DNA of 64,000 nucleotides from Octopus vulgaris (GCA_951406725.2 OX597818.1:57660001-57724000); one strand, 5' to 3'; shown: positions 1-11,844, numbered from the stretch's first letter. The notes: generated by a model not told the origin, from the sequence alone. A program made the numbers and translations.

Positions 1-95
1 CACACACACTGTAAAACACCACTGAACAAAACAGAAATAAATAAAATCATTGTCCAGGGATTTATTTCATACAAAAGCACCCATTCATAGATATA

Positions 96-125
96 TACAG
101 GGTGGCCCAAAAGTAGGCTTACAGC
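96..125 (+). mobile_element. Isolated Tc1/mariner-like terminal sequence
   Basis: TA|CAGGGTGGCCCAAAAGTAGG resembles a Tc1/mariner TIR end; no partner TIR found in the window. Confidence 0.35.
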
Positions 126-189
126 TATCACGTAGGCAATTTAAATTTGTTTTAAAACAAATTTGCTACATTTAAATTTCTATCTCAGC

Positions 190-445
190 GGAGACCCCCC
201 TTCCTTCATAAATGACCATGGAATTGCACCTAGAAAGTTACCCTCCGAGGCGCAAGCCCGGACAAGATTGTTTATGAAAGGCCAGCAAATATCCATGCTT
301 ACCAGTCTTCCCTCTCCACACCACTGATATTATCCAAGGGAAAGGGAAAGACAAAGTGCGATAGAGCTTGGCACCTGTGATGTCGCAACTAGTTTCTACA
401 GCTGGAGCAACGTGAAATAAAGTGTCTTGCTCAAGATCACATCAC
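190..445 (-). mobile_element. Degenerate CORE-like SINE body
   Basis: CTGGAGCAACGTGAAATAAAGTGTCTTGCTCAAG is shared with the SINE copies at 15236-15482 and 28570-28715. Confidence 0.55.
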
Positions 446-514
446 GCAGCATTTTTCTCGCGTACGCGCAGTATCGATCGCAACAGCTGATGTACATACG
501 CGTACAAATGCACG

Positions 515-885
515 TTCCCACGGCTTTATCGGTCGTATTCTCACCTGGAATCGATTTTTGTACTGCCCGATACCTATTTCTTTACTACCCACAAGAGGCT
601 AAACACAGAGAGGACAAACAAGGACAGACAAACGGGTGCGTAACTGGTACTTAATTTATCGATCCCGAAAGGATGAAAGGCCAAGTCAACCTCTGAGGAA
701 TTTGAACCCAGAACGTAACGACAGAGGAAATACGGCAACGTATTTAGCCCAGCGTGCTAACGTTTATGCCAGCTGTCTCTAATACTGTCGATATCCACAC
801 ATCAAATTTGAGCGCAATTGGATGGAGGATGCCCGAGATCCTAGAAGACACACACAGACAGACAGAACAGATTTTATATAATAGA
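515..885 (-). mobile_element. Non-autonomous Helitron family B, 5' fragment, interrupted by a SINE
   Basis: Homologous to 39412-39760(+) and 55562-55862(-); minus strand starts TCTATTATATAAAATC followed by TCTG/TG repeats. Confidence 0.55.
571..774 (-). mobile_element. SINE family D (Meta-domain-like), single unit
   Basis: Reverse complement matches the head and unit of 34952-35732. Confidence 0.8.
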
Positions 886-894
886 TATATACTA

Positions 895-1102
895 TTTACT
901 TGTTTCAGTCATTTGATTGCGGCCATTCTGGAGAACCGCATTTAGTCGAGCAAATCGACTCCAGAACTTATTCTTTGGAAGCCTAGTACTTATTCTATCG
1001 GCCTCTTTTTGCCAAACCGCTAGGTTACGGGGACGTAAACACACACGCATCGGTTGTCAAGCGATGTTGGGGGACAAACAAAGATAGAAAAACATACACA
1101 TA

Positions 1103-1184
<82 letters not shown>

Positions 1185-1366
1185 CATATATACGACGAGA
1201 TTCTTTCAGTTTCCGTCTACCAAATCCACTCACAAGGCTTTGGTCGACCAGAGGCTATAGTAGAAGACACTTTCCTTGGTGCAAGACAGTGGGAACAAAC
1301 CTTGAACCATGTGGTTGGTAAGCAAGCTATTTACCAACCACATGATTCCGGGTTCATTCCTGCGCC
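895..1366 (-). mobile_element. SINE family A (tRNA head, internal (TA)n(TG)n, CR1-like tail)
   Basis: Reverse complement of the 18155-18548 family. Confidence 0.85.
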
Positions 1367-1654
1367 TATATATATATATTATTTAATGTGCATAGGTAAA
1401 AAATACAAGGTGTGCCGTGCATTTCGCAGATTAAAGAGGCATGTCAAAAACTCCATACAATGGCACCGGTACCTCCTGTCACCCAGCGAACGTTGCATTA
1501 TGCATAAAAATGTGTAGATCTTTGGTGGGGCTCAAGAGTCATATAAGACTTTAAACTGCATTATGAATGACTTGGTTTAATCATTCTTTCTAGCAATGGC
1601 TATGCCCATAAACAAGAAATCAGCCACTACACACACGCACACACATATTCACAC

Positions 1655-1717
<63 letters not shown>

Positions 1718-1718
<1 letters not shown>

Positions 1719-2216
1719 TAGCAGTATCGCCCGGCGTTGCTCGGGTTTGTAAGGGAAATAACTATATAAGCATTTTTAGAGAGCTACTTCCCTTATAGAT
1801 GCCAATTCGGGCTTTCTTAGCCATTTCTGTTTTGGTGTCTGCAAGCCATGGAGTCGTTGTTCTAAAAGAACGCTGGTCTCCTTGACAACGCTTTACGACG
1901 TTGATTTCCTTACACTCTCTTCCCCACAGCTTCACGAGGTAGGGAAGAAGGGGGAGAAGCAAACAGGTGTAGGTGTGACCATGGACGCCAACTCCGCCGC
2001 CATCGACACACGAAAAATTATGCATTAAAATGGAATAAAAAATGATGTTAAATTATTTTTAAAATCATAGACTCATCGTAGACGCGCGCTAATACTCAGA
2101 CAGGCTCGATATGAATCACGACTATAAGATACCCGAATTTGGTTAAACTGCACCGCAAAATGTGGGAGTAGTTAGGAATCTAAATCGAAGGGGACAGACA
2201 ATCACACAACTACAGT

Positions 2217-2220
<4 letters not shown>
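1718..2220 (-). mobile_element. Non-autonomous Helitron family A
   Basis: Minus-strand 3' end is hairpin CCCGAGCAACGCCGGG followed by CTAG (1718-1721); termini near-identical to 12493-12786. Confidence 0.8.
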
Positions 2221-2267
<47 letters not shown>

Positions 2268-2269
<2 letters not shown>

Positions 2270-2482
2270 ATGGAAAGTTTACGAAAATAAACAAAAGACG
2301 AAGACAGGTGGTGTACAAAACAAACAGATGCATTATTAGTATAGCACTCAGGAATAGAAAAAGTCTTTTACGTTTCCAGCCCAGCCTACGCTCTGCTACA
2401 GAAAGGGACACAGAAAAAATAAGGAGAGAAACAAGGAGAGAGAAAAATGTGTGCAGTGACTAACGATCTGTCATGGCGTCTG
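2268..2482 (-). mobile_element. Penelope-like pLTR remnant with hammerhead-like motif (family copies at 38057-38231 and 40066-40245)
   Basis: Three homologous copies, each abutting (TA)n; minus strand reads CTTT-CTGTAG.A-GAGCGTAGGCT..GAAACGTA-AAAG. Confidence 0.55.
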
Positions 2483-2563
2483 CATATATATATATATATA
2501 TATTGGTAAAAACGGTAAGATAACGAAAGAGATCTCAATATTATGCAAATAGAGGAATTTATC

Positions 2564-2814
2564 TGTAAATATCATATGTGACAATTATTCGGTAGCCAAG
2601 ATAAAACTCTGAGTTTCGGATGCCGAGGTGGAAATCTACACCACCATCTTTTCAGTTATCCGGCCATCGGAAAAATGCTATGAGAAAAGACCGTTTTTCC
2701 GATGGCCGGATAACCGGATAACTGAAGAGATGGTGGTGTGGATTTCCACCTCGGCATCCGAAACTCAGAGTTTTATCTTGGCTACCGAATAATTCTCACA
2801 TAATTATATTTACA
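2564..2814. mobile_element. Inverted (fold-back) Penelope-like pLTR pair
   Basis: Arms 2564-2675 and 2694-2814 are near-perfect reverse complements; family also at 39230-39345. Confidence 0.75.
2716..2778 (+). ncRNA. Minimal type I hammerhead ribozyme motif
   Basis: Stem I GATAA/TTATC, core CTGAAGA, stem II GATG..CATC (one extra C), GAAA, near-palindromic stem III ACTCAGAGT, GUU site. Confidence 0.6.
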
Positions 2815-2950
2815 TATATATATATATATATATATAGTCATTACAGATATAGGGTGAAAAATAATTAATTTAATAAAAACAACAAATTTCACCTAGTAGT
2901 ATTTCGGTATGGAAAAGGACCATATACGGTAAAAATTCATATAATTATAA

Positions 2951-3145
2951 TAATAAGCGTTTTTTGCAACAAGTTGCTTGAACCACATACCGAACATGTT
3001 AGAAATAGCAGCCAAAAGACTACTATTTCCTTTTACTACAAAAATAAGTCTCCACAGACAACAATATTTGTAAATAGTAGTCTTTTGGCTGCTATTTCTA
3101 AAATTTTTGGTATGTAGTTTTAGCAACTTGTTGCAAAAAAACCCT

Positions 3146-3150
<5 letters not shown>
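2951..3150. repeat. Fold-back inverted repeat with arms of about 78 bp
   Basis: 2951-3028 versus 3072-3150; related sequence at about 33990-34135. Confidence 0.75.
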
Positions 3151-3183
<33 letters not shown>

Positions 3184-3920
3184 TTAGAGATAAAACCACT
3201 ATTAGGCAAATTAAACAATGAAAAACTTAAGCCAATACATAAAATTAATTAATTTATATTATTTTAAATATATATCTAAAGTATTAAAAGTTTAATAAAA
3301 GATATATATATATATATATATGTATAAATACATATATAAATATATATATAAATACATATATAAATATATATCAAAAGTATTAAAAGTTTAATAAATGATA
3401 TATATATATATATATATATGTATAAATAATATATAAATGCATGTATGTATGTATGTATGGCTGTGTGTATGTGGTTAGATCGGTAGTTATATGGAGAGTA
3501 GCGAGGTGGATACATAGATTTGGAGACAATTTGCTTGGAGAGTGAAAAGTTTTTCAGAGACCATACGTCATATATATGTTGCATTAATAATTACACTATC
3601 AGCTTCAGTAACCAAAACGCCAAAATATTAATAGAATCGCAACATCAACAATATCTTTGTCTGAGATTCTATTAGAAGATGGCATCATCGAAATATACAT
3701 ACAGATGAGATGAGGTATACAAATGCAAAAAAGAAAGCTGAACGAAATATATGGAAGAACGAGAAACATGGAAGTGAAAAATGCGTTATATCTACATGCA
3801 TGAAAATAACTTTAGTGGTTACAGCCTACTTATCGACATGTTGTTGGGAACGTAATGCGTTCTGAGACATTTTGATACTATATATATGTATATACACACA
3901 CATATATATATATATATTAT

Positions 3921-4262
3921 ATTAAATTAGAGATAAAACCACTATTCGGCAAATCAAATAATGAAAAACATAAGCCAATACATAAAATTAATTAATATAT
4001 ATTATTTTAAATATATATCAAAAGTATTAAAAGTTTAATAAAAGATAAAGAGTAAAACACTACGATCGTTTCATGGCTGTACAATTCGTAATAATTCGAG
4101 TTATGGTTACATTAAATCTTCAGGTAATTGAAATATTTATCTTAGCGAGGTTTAGCAATGAAATTATCTCTAATTTAATATAATATAATATTTGACTATA
4201 AAATTGGATTTAATCCTAAATCTGATTTTTCCCTGTAAGTTTGGATTTATTCCCTAATATTT

Positions 4263-4268
<6 letters not shown>
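3921..4268 (-). mobile_element. Penelope-like pLTR remnant (family also at 3178-3400 and 29236-29470)
   Basis: Homologous copies between (TA)n tracts; partial terminal inversion ATTAAATTAGAGATAA / TTATCTCTAATTTAAT; carries a hammerhead motif. Confidence 0.6.
4055..4129 (-). ncRNA. Degenerate minimal hammerhead ribozyme motif
   Basis: Minus strand AATTAC-CTGAAGA-...-GAAA-CGATCG-TA-GTGTTT; palindromic stem III ACGATCGT; stem II eroded. Confidence 0.5.
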
Positions 4269-4316
<48 letters not shown>

Positions 4317-4322
4317 TTACAC

Positions 4323-4492
4323 AGGTGAGAGAGTGGGTGTGTAGTAAGTAGCTTGCTTATCAACCACATGGTTCCGGGTTTATTCCCACTGCTTGGCGCC
4401 TTGGGCGAGTGCCTTCTCCTATAGCTTCGGGCCGACCAAAGCCTTGTGAGTGGATTTGGTAAACGGAAACTGAAAGTCGTAAATATATATAC

Positions 4493-4548
<56 letters not shown>

Positions 4549-4589
4549 GTATATATATATATATGTATGTATATATATATATATGTATG

Positions 4590-4622
<33 letters not shown>

Positions 4623-4647
4623 GTATGTATATATATATATATGTATG

Positions 4648-4680
<33 letters not shown>

Positions 4681-4757
4681 ATATATATATATATGTATGT
4701 ATATATATGCATATATATATGTATATGTATATATATATATGTATATATTTACTTACT

Positions 4758-4805
<48 letters not shown>

Positions 4806-5000
4806 TACATATATATATTTGTCTATATTTTCCTGTGTGTCACTGCCTGTGCCCACCCTACGCGTCATCGCTCGACAACCGATTTTGATGTTTTACGTCA
4901 CCATAACTTAGCGCTTCGGCATAAGAAAACGATAGAATAAGTACCAGCAAAGAATACATTTCGGAGATCGATTTGTTCGACTAAATGCAGCGCTCCAGAT
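4323..5000 (+). mobile_element. SINE family A, old copy with about 340 bp of internal (TA)/(TATG) expansion
   Basis: 5' half 4323-4480 and 3' half 4830-5000 match family A. Confidence 0.75.
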
Positions 5001-5018
5001 TATAATTATTATCATCAC

Positions 5019-5094
<76 letters not shown>

Positions 5095-5098
<4 letters not shown>

Positions 5099-5172
5099 TC
5101 ACAACCTGGAATCGAACTCGGATTCTTGGGGTCAGTAGCCCGCGCTCTTAACCACTACGCCATATGCCTGTG
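5095..5172 (-). mobile_element. tRNA-derived head followed by (AAT)n (same head as 9965-10046)
   Basis: A box TGGCGTAGTGG and B box GTTCGATTCC, followed on the minus strand by (AAT)n at 5001-5094. Confidence 0.75.
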
Positions 5173-5189
5173 GTGATATATACATGAAA

Positions 5190-6270
5190 TGTTGGAACGA
5201 CGTCAGCCCACCACACTCCAGTAGCGCCAATGAACATTTTTAGAAAGAGTTTTTAAACCATTATTCTTGCTGTGCGTTGCTTGTGTTTTTTATTCGGTTT
5301 TCTTTGTTTTGGTTAGCTTTATTTACTGTTTGTTTTTGTAATGTTTTTGTCTGCGATCGTATCTGTCCTTGTGCGTTTATTTTTGTCTCTCTCTCTGTCC
5401 TTGTTCTGTGTTACTATTTGTACACTTAGTGTTTTTCTTTTGGTGGTGGTGGGGATATACTTTTCTGCGTTTGTAATGTCTTTTGTCTGCATTCGTATCT
5501 CTTCTTGTTCATTCGTTTTTAAGATTCTTGTGTTTGTTGGAAGAAGAGAAGGAGAAATTTTTCCCTCTTCCACCTTGCAACTGACCCTTCCTCTGTACTT
5601 TCCCCTGTAGATGTGGACGATCCAAATTCTTCCGGTGCGCAATTCCCCTTCTCCACTGTCTTTCCCGCCTCTTCCTGCATCTCTTCCTCCTCACCAGGAG
5701 CTTCCTCGTTCGGCTTCTCGTGCTGGTCCTTTGGTTCATCCTGTTTTTTTCCTTGACGGCAAAGTACAGTATCTGGGGGCATGTTTTCCTTATGCGCCCC
5801 TTCAGTCCGCACCCGAAACATCTTGGGATTCTGCTCTGGACCGTGACTCTCAGATTTGTCTCATCCGGCAGAATTATAAATTTTGGAATTTGCTCCAGTT
5901 CTGCTCCTGTGGCTTAAATTGTCGCCCGAAGACTCCAATCACACCAGTTCTGCTCTTTTTTATCCTCGAACTCCATCAGTGTCACTTCCCCCTTCATATT
6001 GAAGCAAACGGCTCCCAGAAACCACACCGATCTAATTTCAGGTGGATAAATTTCTATTGCGATATTTTTCGTTCATTTGCCAAGGAATGACGGTAACATA
6101 CCCACCTCCATCGTGTGTAGTGTGATTGCGGAATCATGCTTAGCGTTGTATTCTGACATGAATTGTACCTCCCAGGTACCAAATTTCTTTCCTCTTTTCA
6201 TGAACCTCACCTTTGCTCCCTCTCCTCGCAGAATTTGTTGAAAGTTTTCCACGGCCTCCAGCCTGATGTT
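5190..6270 (-). pseudogene. Decayed L1/Tx1-type ORF1 (gag-like) with zinc knuckle
   Basis: Minus frame reads IPKFIILPDETNLRVTVQSRIPRCFGCGLKGRIRKTCP (CCHC with H>R) at about 5775-5890, followed by an acidic low-complexity tail; stops and frameshifts present. Confidence 0.65.
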
Positions 6271-6330
6271 TTATCTTCTTTGTTTATATATATATAACCA
6301 CTGGGCCATTGCGCCTCCACATATGTATGT

Positions 6331-6397
<67 letters not shown>

Positions 6398-6448
6398 CAT
6401 ACATACATACATACATATATATGTGTGTGTGTGTGTGTACATACATAT

Positions 6449-6703
6449 GTGGCGGCGCAATGGTCCAGTGGTTAGGACAGCAGACTCGCGGTCGCTGCAA
6501 CTCGGTTTCGATTGCCATACTGGGTGTTGTGAGTGTTTATTGACTGAAAACACCTAAATCTCAACGAGGCTTTCTTCTGTTGGCCTGCTCGCATAGTCAG
6601 CGGGGGTGGCGTCATTCGAAGGCTAAAACAATGCGAAGTGCATTGTGATCTGCGATGTATAGCAACATCTGATAGCCTAGTCGGTCACGGTGATCACGGT
6701 GAT
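6449..6703 (+). mobile_element. SINE family B head with alternative 3' tail
   Basis: Head matches 19211 and 26183; tail GGCCTGCTCGC..GGTCACG also at 59578-59692. Confidence 0.75.
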
Positions 6704-6715
6704 ATATACATATAC

Positions 6716-6767
<52 letters not shown>

Positions 6768-8500
6768 ATTTAGCGCGGGTACTAGTTTTACTTTATTACA
6801 GTAATATATTCCAGTAAATGTTTTCCATTTACCGTAAGCCGTTGTTTCAAATTCTTTGGGTTGTCTCGTATAACATTTTCAAATACTGCATATTATTCAT
6901 CTTTAATTTACATTACAATAGCGGCCAGCCTTAGGGAAAATTGCATGTTATAAATTTGAATGAATTTAGTAAGAAGCACATAATGCTTTAAAAACTATTT
7001 GTAAGAGTAATAATGTCAAAGACTCTTGCTCCTTTTATAAACTTATTCATTTTAATTTTGAGTGAGATTTTCAATTCAGTATGAAATTATGCCTTTTCAA
7101 AATTAGTATACACAGAAATTGCAATTCTATATATTTAAGAACTTTTTCCGTGCAATAATTTATCATATATCCGATTTGAACAATAGAGTTGCTTAAGCAA
7201 ATATATTCGCTATTTAAAGAACTACAATGTCTGCTGATCGCTTCTTTTGTTTCTATGTAAATCTACCTCCAGGAAGCCAGGTCTTTTGCCAAATATATCT
7301 TCCGTGTCACACAATTGGTGACAATATACTATAGCGATCAATAGCCACGGGCCATATTAAATTCTCATGTACAACATTTCTTTGTTTCCTTTAGCGTTGT
7401 ATTAAATAGAATATGAAACTAAGCCAAACACAATAAAATGCAATGATCACATTGTTTCTGGAAACTAATTGGCTTGATGTACATGTTATGTATGTTAACT
7501 GTATACGTCTGCATTGTCATCAAATTTTATACTCTCTCTTTTTTTACAAGCAATGTACAGCAAAGGATATTGTAATATAAGTTAAGTTTAATCTCAGAAA
7601 TTATTTCTACCAATACTTAATTAAAGAGACTTCTTTTCCATTGTGACTATTGTAACATTCGAAATCTATGAGACATAATATAATGTAATCAGAAAAATGT
7701 TTAAATGTGTTCTTATCTTTTCATTTAACGTTAATGTGTAACAATGCAGATAATTAAATTAGGAGAAACAAGCTGACAAATATCTTCATTTGTTTTCAAA
7801 TATATAAGATAGTAAAATAAGGGAATAAAAAAAAAATGATGGACACCTTAAAAAAGATGTGATATCATTTATAAAATACTTGTGCTATCATAACCATCCG
7901 ATAAATGGCAACTGAATAAATAATTTAATTCCTGTTTATTTTCCCTTGTTTTTAGTAAGATAAGGTGCAATGATTCACAATGGTTTCTAATAAAATATAA
8001 AGAAAGAATTAGCAACAGTTAGTTATTTAGGAAATTTGCAAACACTATCAGAGAATGTCAACACACATGATTATCCATAAGGTTTTACAATGGGATAATT
8101 AACGATTGCTTTAACATGTGTCTGTTAGGAGCAAACTGACTGTTCTTATCTCATAAATAACAATACATTTCAGTATTGTATATTTGAATTCAATAAGCTC
8201 ATTTTCGAAGAATAGTCTACACCTAGTTGGCAATCCTCACGCTACTGATGTAGGAAGGGTTTTAAAATCTGTGCCTCATTGATATTAGTCATTCATCTAA
8301 GTTGATAAACAACTTCTACGTCTCCATATCTCTCTACGTCTAACTAGAAAACTTCAAAAGTGTTCTTAAATTTGATCGTAAATTATCCTGCATTTAGACG
8401 AATTTTTTCTTCCCTTTGCAGAAGGCTGCCAACTCTTTATCAAAAACTGGTTTATTTGTAATATTTGTCTTTATACTTTCTGCTCTGCAGTGAGGACCTC

Positions 8501-8877
8501 CATCATCATCATCACTGTTCGACCGTGGTCGAGACAATGGAATTTACTATGTTACGCCAGACTTCACGTTCCATCATAGCATTACAGAGGTCCCGTTGCT
8601 GGATGCCTGTGTCCCCGGAGGTTACATCAGGGCAGGAGAGTGTGCGCCCTCTGGTATCGCGAGCAGATGGCTTCCAGAGGAGAAGATTAGAAATTACCTC
8701 GTTTTCAGCTCTACAACAATGTCCAGCAAACTGGACTCTTCTACCTTTCACAAGAGATGATACAGGTGGTAATTTCCCATATATTTGTACTTTGGTTGGA
8801 TGACGCTTCCACGAGAGATTTTGAGCTCTCATAAGGAGGCGAGTGTAAGTTCCATCCAACCGCCCCTCAAGCTCCAA
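8501..8877 (-). mobile_element. 5'-truncated RTE-clade LINE 3' end
   Basis: ORF LDGTYTRLLMRAQNLSWKRHPT..RRVQFAGHCCR..AMMEREVWR is a typical RTE C-terminus; (GAT)n tail; short CTCCA flank duplication. Confidence 0.85.
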
Positions 8878-9551
8878 TATGCTATTGAATCCGCCTCCCA
8901 GCTAACACAATTTGTGAGCCACCCGGCCAGAACCCTGCCATTCTGGTTCCTTATGGTTTCTTTCCTTTCACAACTAAACCAGAATTCTCTTTGCAGATTC
9001 AGCTTTCTGCTATCAGACTCCTACTAACATTCTTGATCCACAGCACTTATATTAATTAAAGTTATATTAATGCACGCGACTTTCTAGCATCATTCCCCTC
9101 CTCTGTCTCTCTCTGTCTCTCTCTCTCCGGAGGAACTGCGTTCTTTAAGGGATTCTGACGTTGCTGTGCTTTTATTTAAACTTCGATTACTACCGTCCCT
9201 TTGAACTGCTCATCGTCTGTCATCATTCACAGAAAAATTCTAAATTAGTAAAACGTTAGTTTATGTCATTCAGCATAACATGTCATCTTACATAATGGTG
9301 TCCTTAAGCAATTAAACTCTAATGAGATTTGTTAAGACAATTAACAACATTTTATTTTCAAGCTAGATTCGTCTTCCTTACAAGATCATAAAGCGTCTTA
9401 TTTTTTAAAATTTCTATTTATCACTTCAACAGCTGAATCTAATAAGCCGTTTCTTTTGCTTAATATTCTAAAGACATTTAAATTTTGTTTTAGAAATAAG
9501 CATATCCATAAATGTATGTTTATTCGTTTGTGCTGATACACACACACACAT

Positions 9552-9602
<51 letters not shown>

Positions 9603-9621
9603 GATATATATAGATATATAG

Positions 9622-9704
<83 letters not shown>

Positions 9705-9944
9705 TATAATTGAAAAAAGTAAGAGAGGGAGAAAGAGCAGTTAAAGCCGAACCCCAACGTGTTGAAAGCCCGTTGTTTTTAAAATAAAAATATAATAAAA
9801 ACAACATCGTTAGATTAATGGGTATTTGGGAAAATGACATTCGAATTTATAGCAAAAATAGGAGCGCATGCAGAAAGCAAAGAGATGAAGGGGGCTATAA
9901 TATTTCACATCACTGATCTAAATCAGTTTACCACTAATACTGGA

Positions 9945-10274
9945 TTATTTACATTTGACGGATATATGGCGTAGTGGTTAAGAGCGCGGGCTACTAACCC
10001 CATGATTCCGAGCTCGATTCCAAGCTCGATTCCAAGCAGTGACCGGAATAATGATAATAATAATAATGATAATAATAATAGCAACAAGAACAACATTGAA
10101 AAATACCTAACGAATGAGACTCCAGGTTCGAAAATTTCCCAAGACACCTGATGAAGTCTGGAGAGTATATCAAGCGAAACGTTGTGTTAACAGCAAACAA
10201 GAGGAGAACAAATATCCGTCATATTTTTAAAAAATGGAAATAATTCCTCATCTCTTAAATATAAAACTGTGTTA
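9945..10274 (+). mobile_element. Composite element: inverted tail + tRNA head + (AAT)n + hammerhead body
   Basis: 12-bp TSD ACTAATACTGGA at 9933-9944 and 10275-10286; A and B boxes; body homologous to 53553-53675. Confidence 0.75.
10143..10188 (+). ncRNA. Minimal hammerhead ribozyme motif (dimeric PLE type)
   Basis: GACAC-CTGATGA-A-stem II (eroded here, GGCTG/CAGCC in the 53585 copy)-GAAA-CG-TT-GTGTT. Confidence 0.6.
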
Positions 10275-10552
10275 ACTAATACTGGAATTGAGAATTTAAA
10301 AGAATCTCAAACATTCTGCAGCCATGAGTTTATCTTAGTCATTAAATCCAAGTAGATATGTTGTCAGTTATGTGACAAAAGAAAATATACCCGAAGGCAG
10401 CAGAAATCCATAAAACTGTCATCAACTTTTTACCTCTTTCCACACACACTCCTACTCTTCATCGCACGCATACACACACACATGCGCACACATTTATATA
10501 TTTATGTATACACCTATATATAATACACATATATATACACATATAAACACAC

Positions 10553-10600
<48 letters not shown>

Positions 10601-11803
10601 TTAGAAATATAAGCGCATTTGCGTGTATACACGCACGTATTCACGTCTCCATATATACACACATTTATATATACTTACTTAGATAAAATATAATAGGATT
10701 TAAAATTATATGAGAAAGATATATCAATTGACAGAGTATTAAGAAATCATACACAAGATTATCCAATATTTTGCTAGTTATTGAATATAGCGGTTGTAGA
10801 CAAATGTAATGAGAATACGTAACCAGGTGTCGCCATGAGATAATTGCATATCACTTTAATAGTCTTTAAATATTCCCATAATATTTAAGTGAGACGAGTA
10901 AAATTAACGTCGTTACAAAGTTTGGATAGGTAGACGCTAGTAAGGTAAAAGTATTTGTATTCGAATTTTTGAAATATGTTTCTAATGTAAAGATAGCATA
11001 AGTCTCTAAGTTCTTTAGCCTTGTTAAGAACACTACATGAATATTTCAGTATTTCCTATACGTCAGCGCAGAAAGCTTTTCACATATACTTATCATTAGA
11101 ATAGGGCAATGCATATTTTATCATGCGCCAGGTAATTTGGAATCAAAATGTTTTGACTTTTAAATCACTAAGGTTTTTTCCGCGAGTGATGTGACTTTAG
11201 CCTCATGATGATTACTTAAAGACTAGTTATAACATAACATTTATAGATACTATTTTTAGTGCGGCATAAATTATTTAGAGGGAACAAAAGTCCGTTTTTA
11301 CAATTACAGAATTTAGATTTAGTATTTCCTGTTATTCAACGAGTGATAATCATTGTTAGATCCGTTATAATTTCTCGTATAATCCAGGGGTGAGCAAGAT
11401 ACAGCGAGAATGTTTTAATTAGCAACAGCACTTTCATTGCAAAGGTGAAAATTTATATAGTGATCTTTATTATTATACCTTTATAATCTTCATTTATATT
11501 AGAATAGATACGGGTGTTATCGGAATTGCTTGCATCACTATCAGAGATAAGGTTCATGTTTTCATAACCACCACTATCATTATGGCTGTTACTTGGGCTG
11601 TTACTATTTCTTGTACATATACAAGAAATTTCGGGGTCGATAAATTAAGTACCAGTCAAGTAATGGTGTCGATGCGATTGATTTACATCTCATCCAAATT
11701 TCAGGCAATGTGCCTACAGTGAAAAGGGTTATAATAATAATATTAATAATGATAATAATAATTATTATTATTATTAGTATTGTTATTGTTATTATTATTG
11801 TTA

Positions 11804-11844
<41 letters not shown>

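Noticed and set aside
5095-5172. Possible tRNA genes (also the heads at 9965, 19211 and 26183)
   Set aside because: A and B boxes are present, but they are embedded in repeated SINE bodies or tails without a convincing cloverleaf or terminator
7900-9060. L1/Tx1 ORF2 C-terminus (WQGSGRVAHKLC*LGGG, GLPTRCRL) on the minus strand
   Set aside because: The resemblance is too weak and stop-ridden to call; kept only as an alternative for the decayed block
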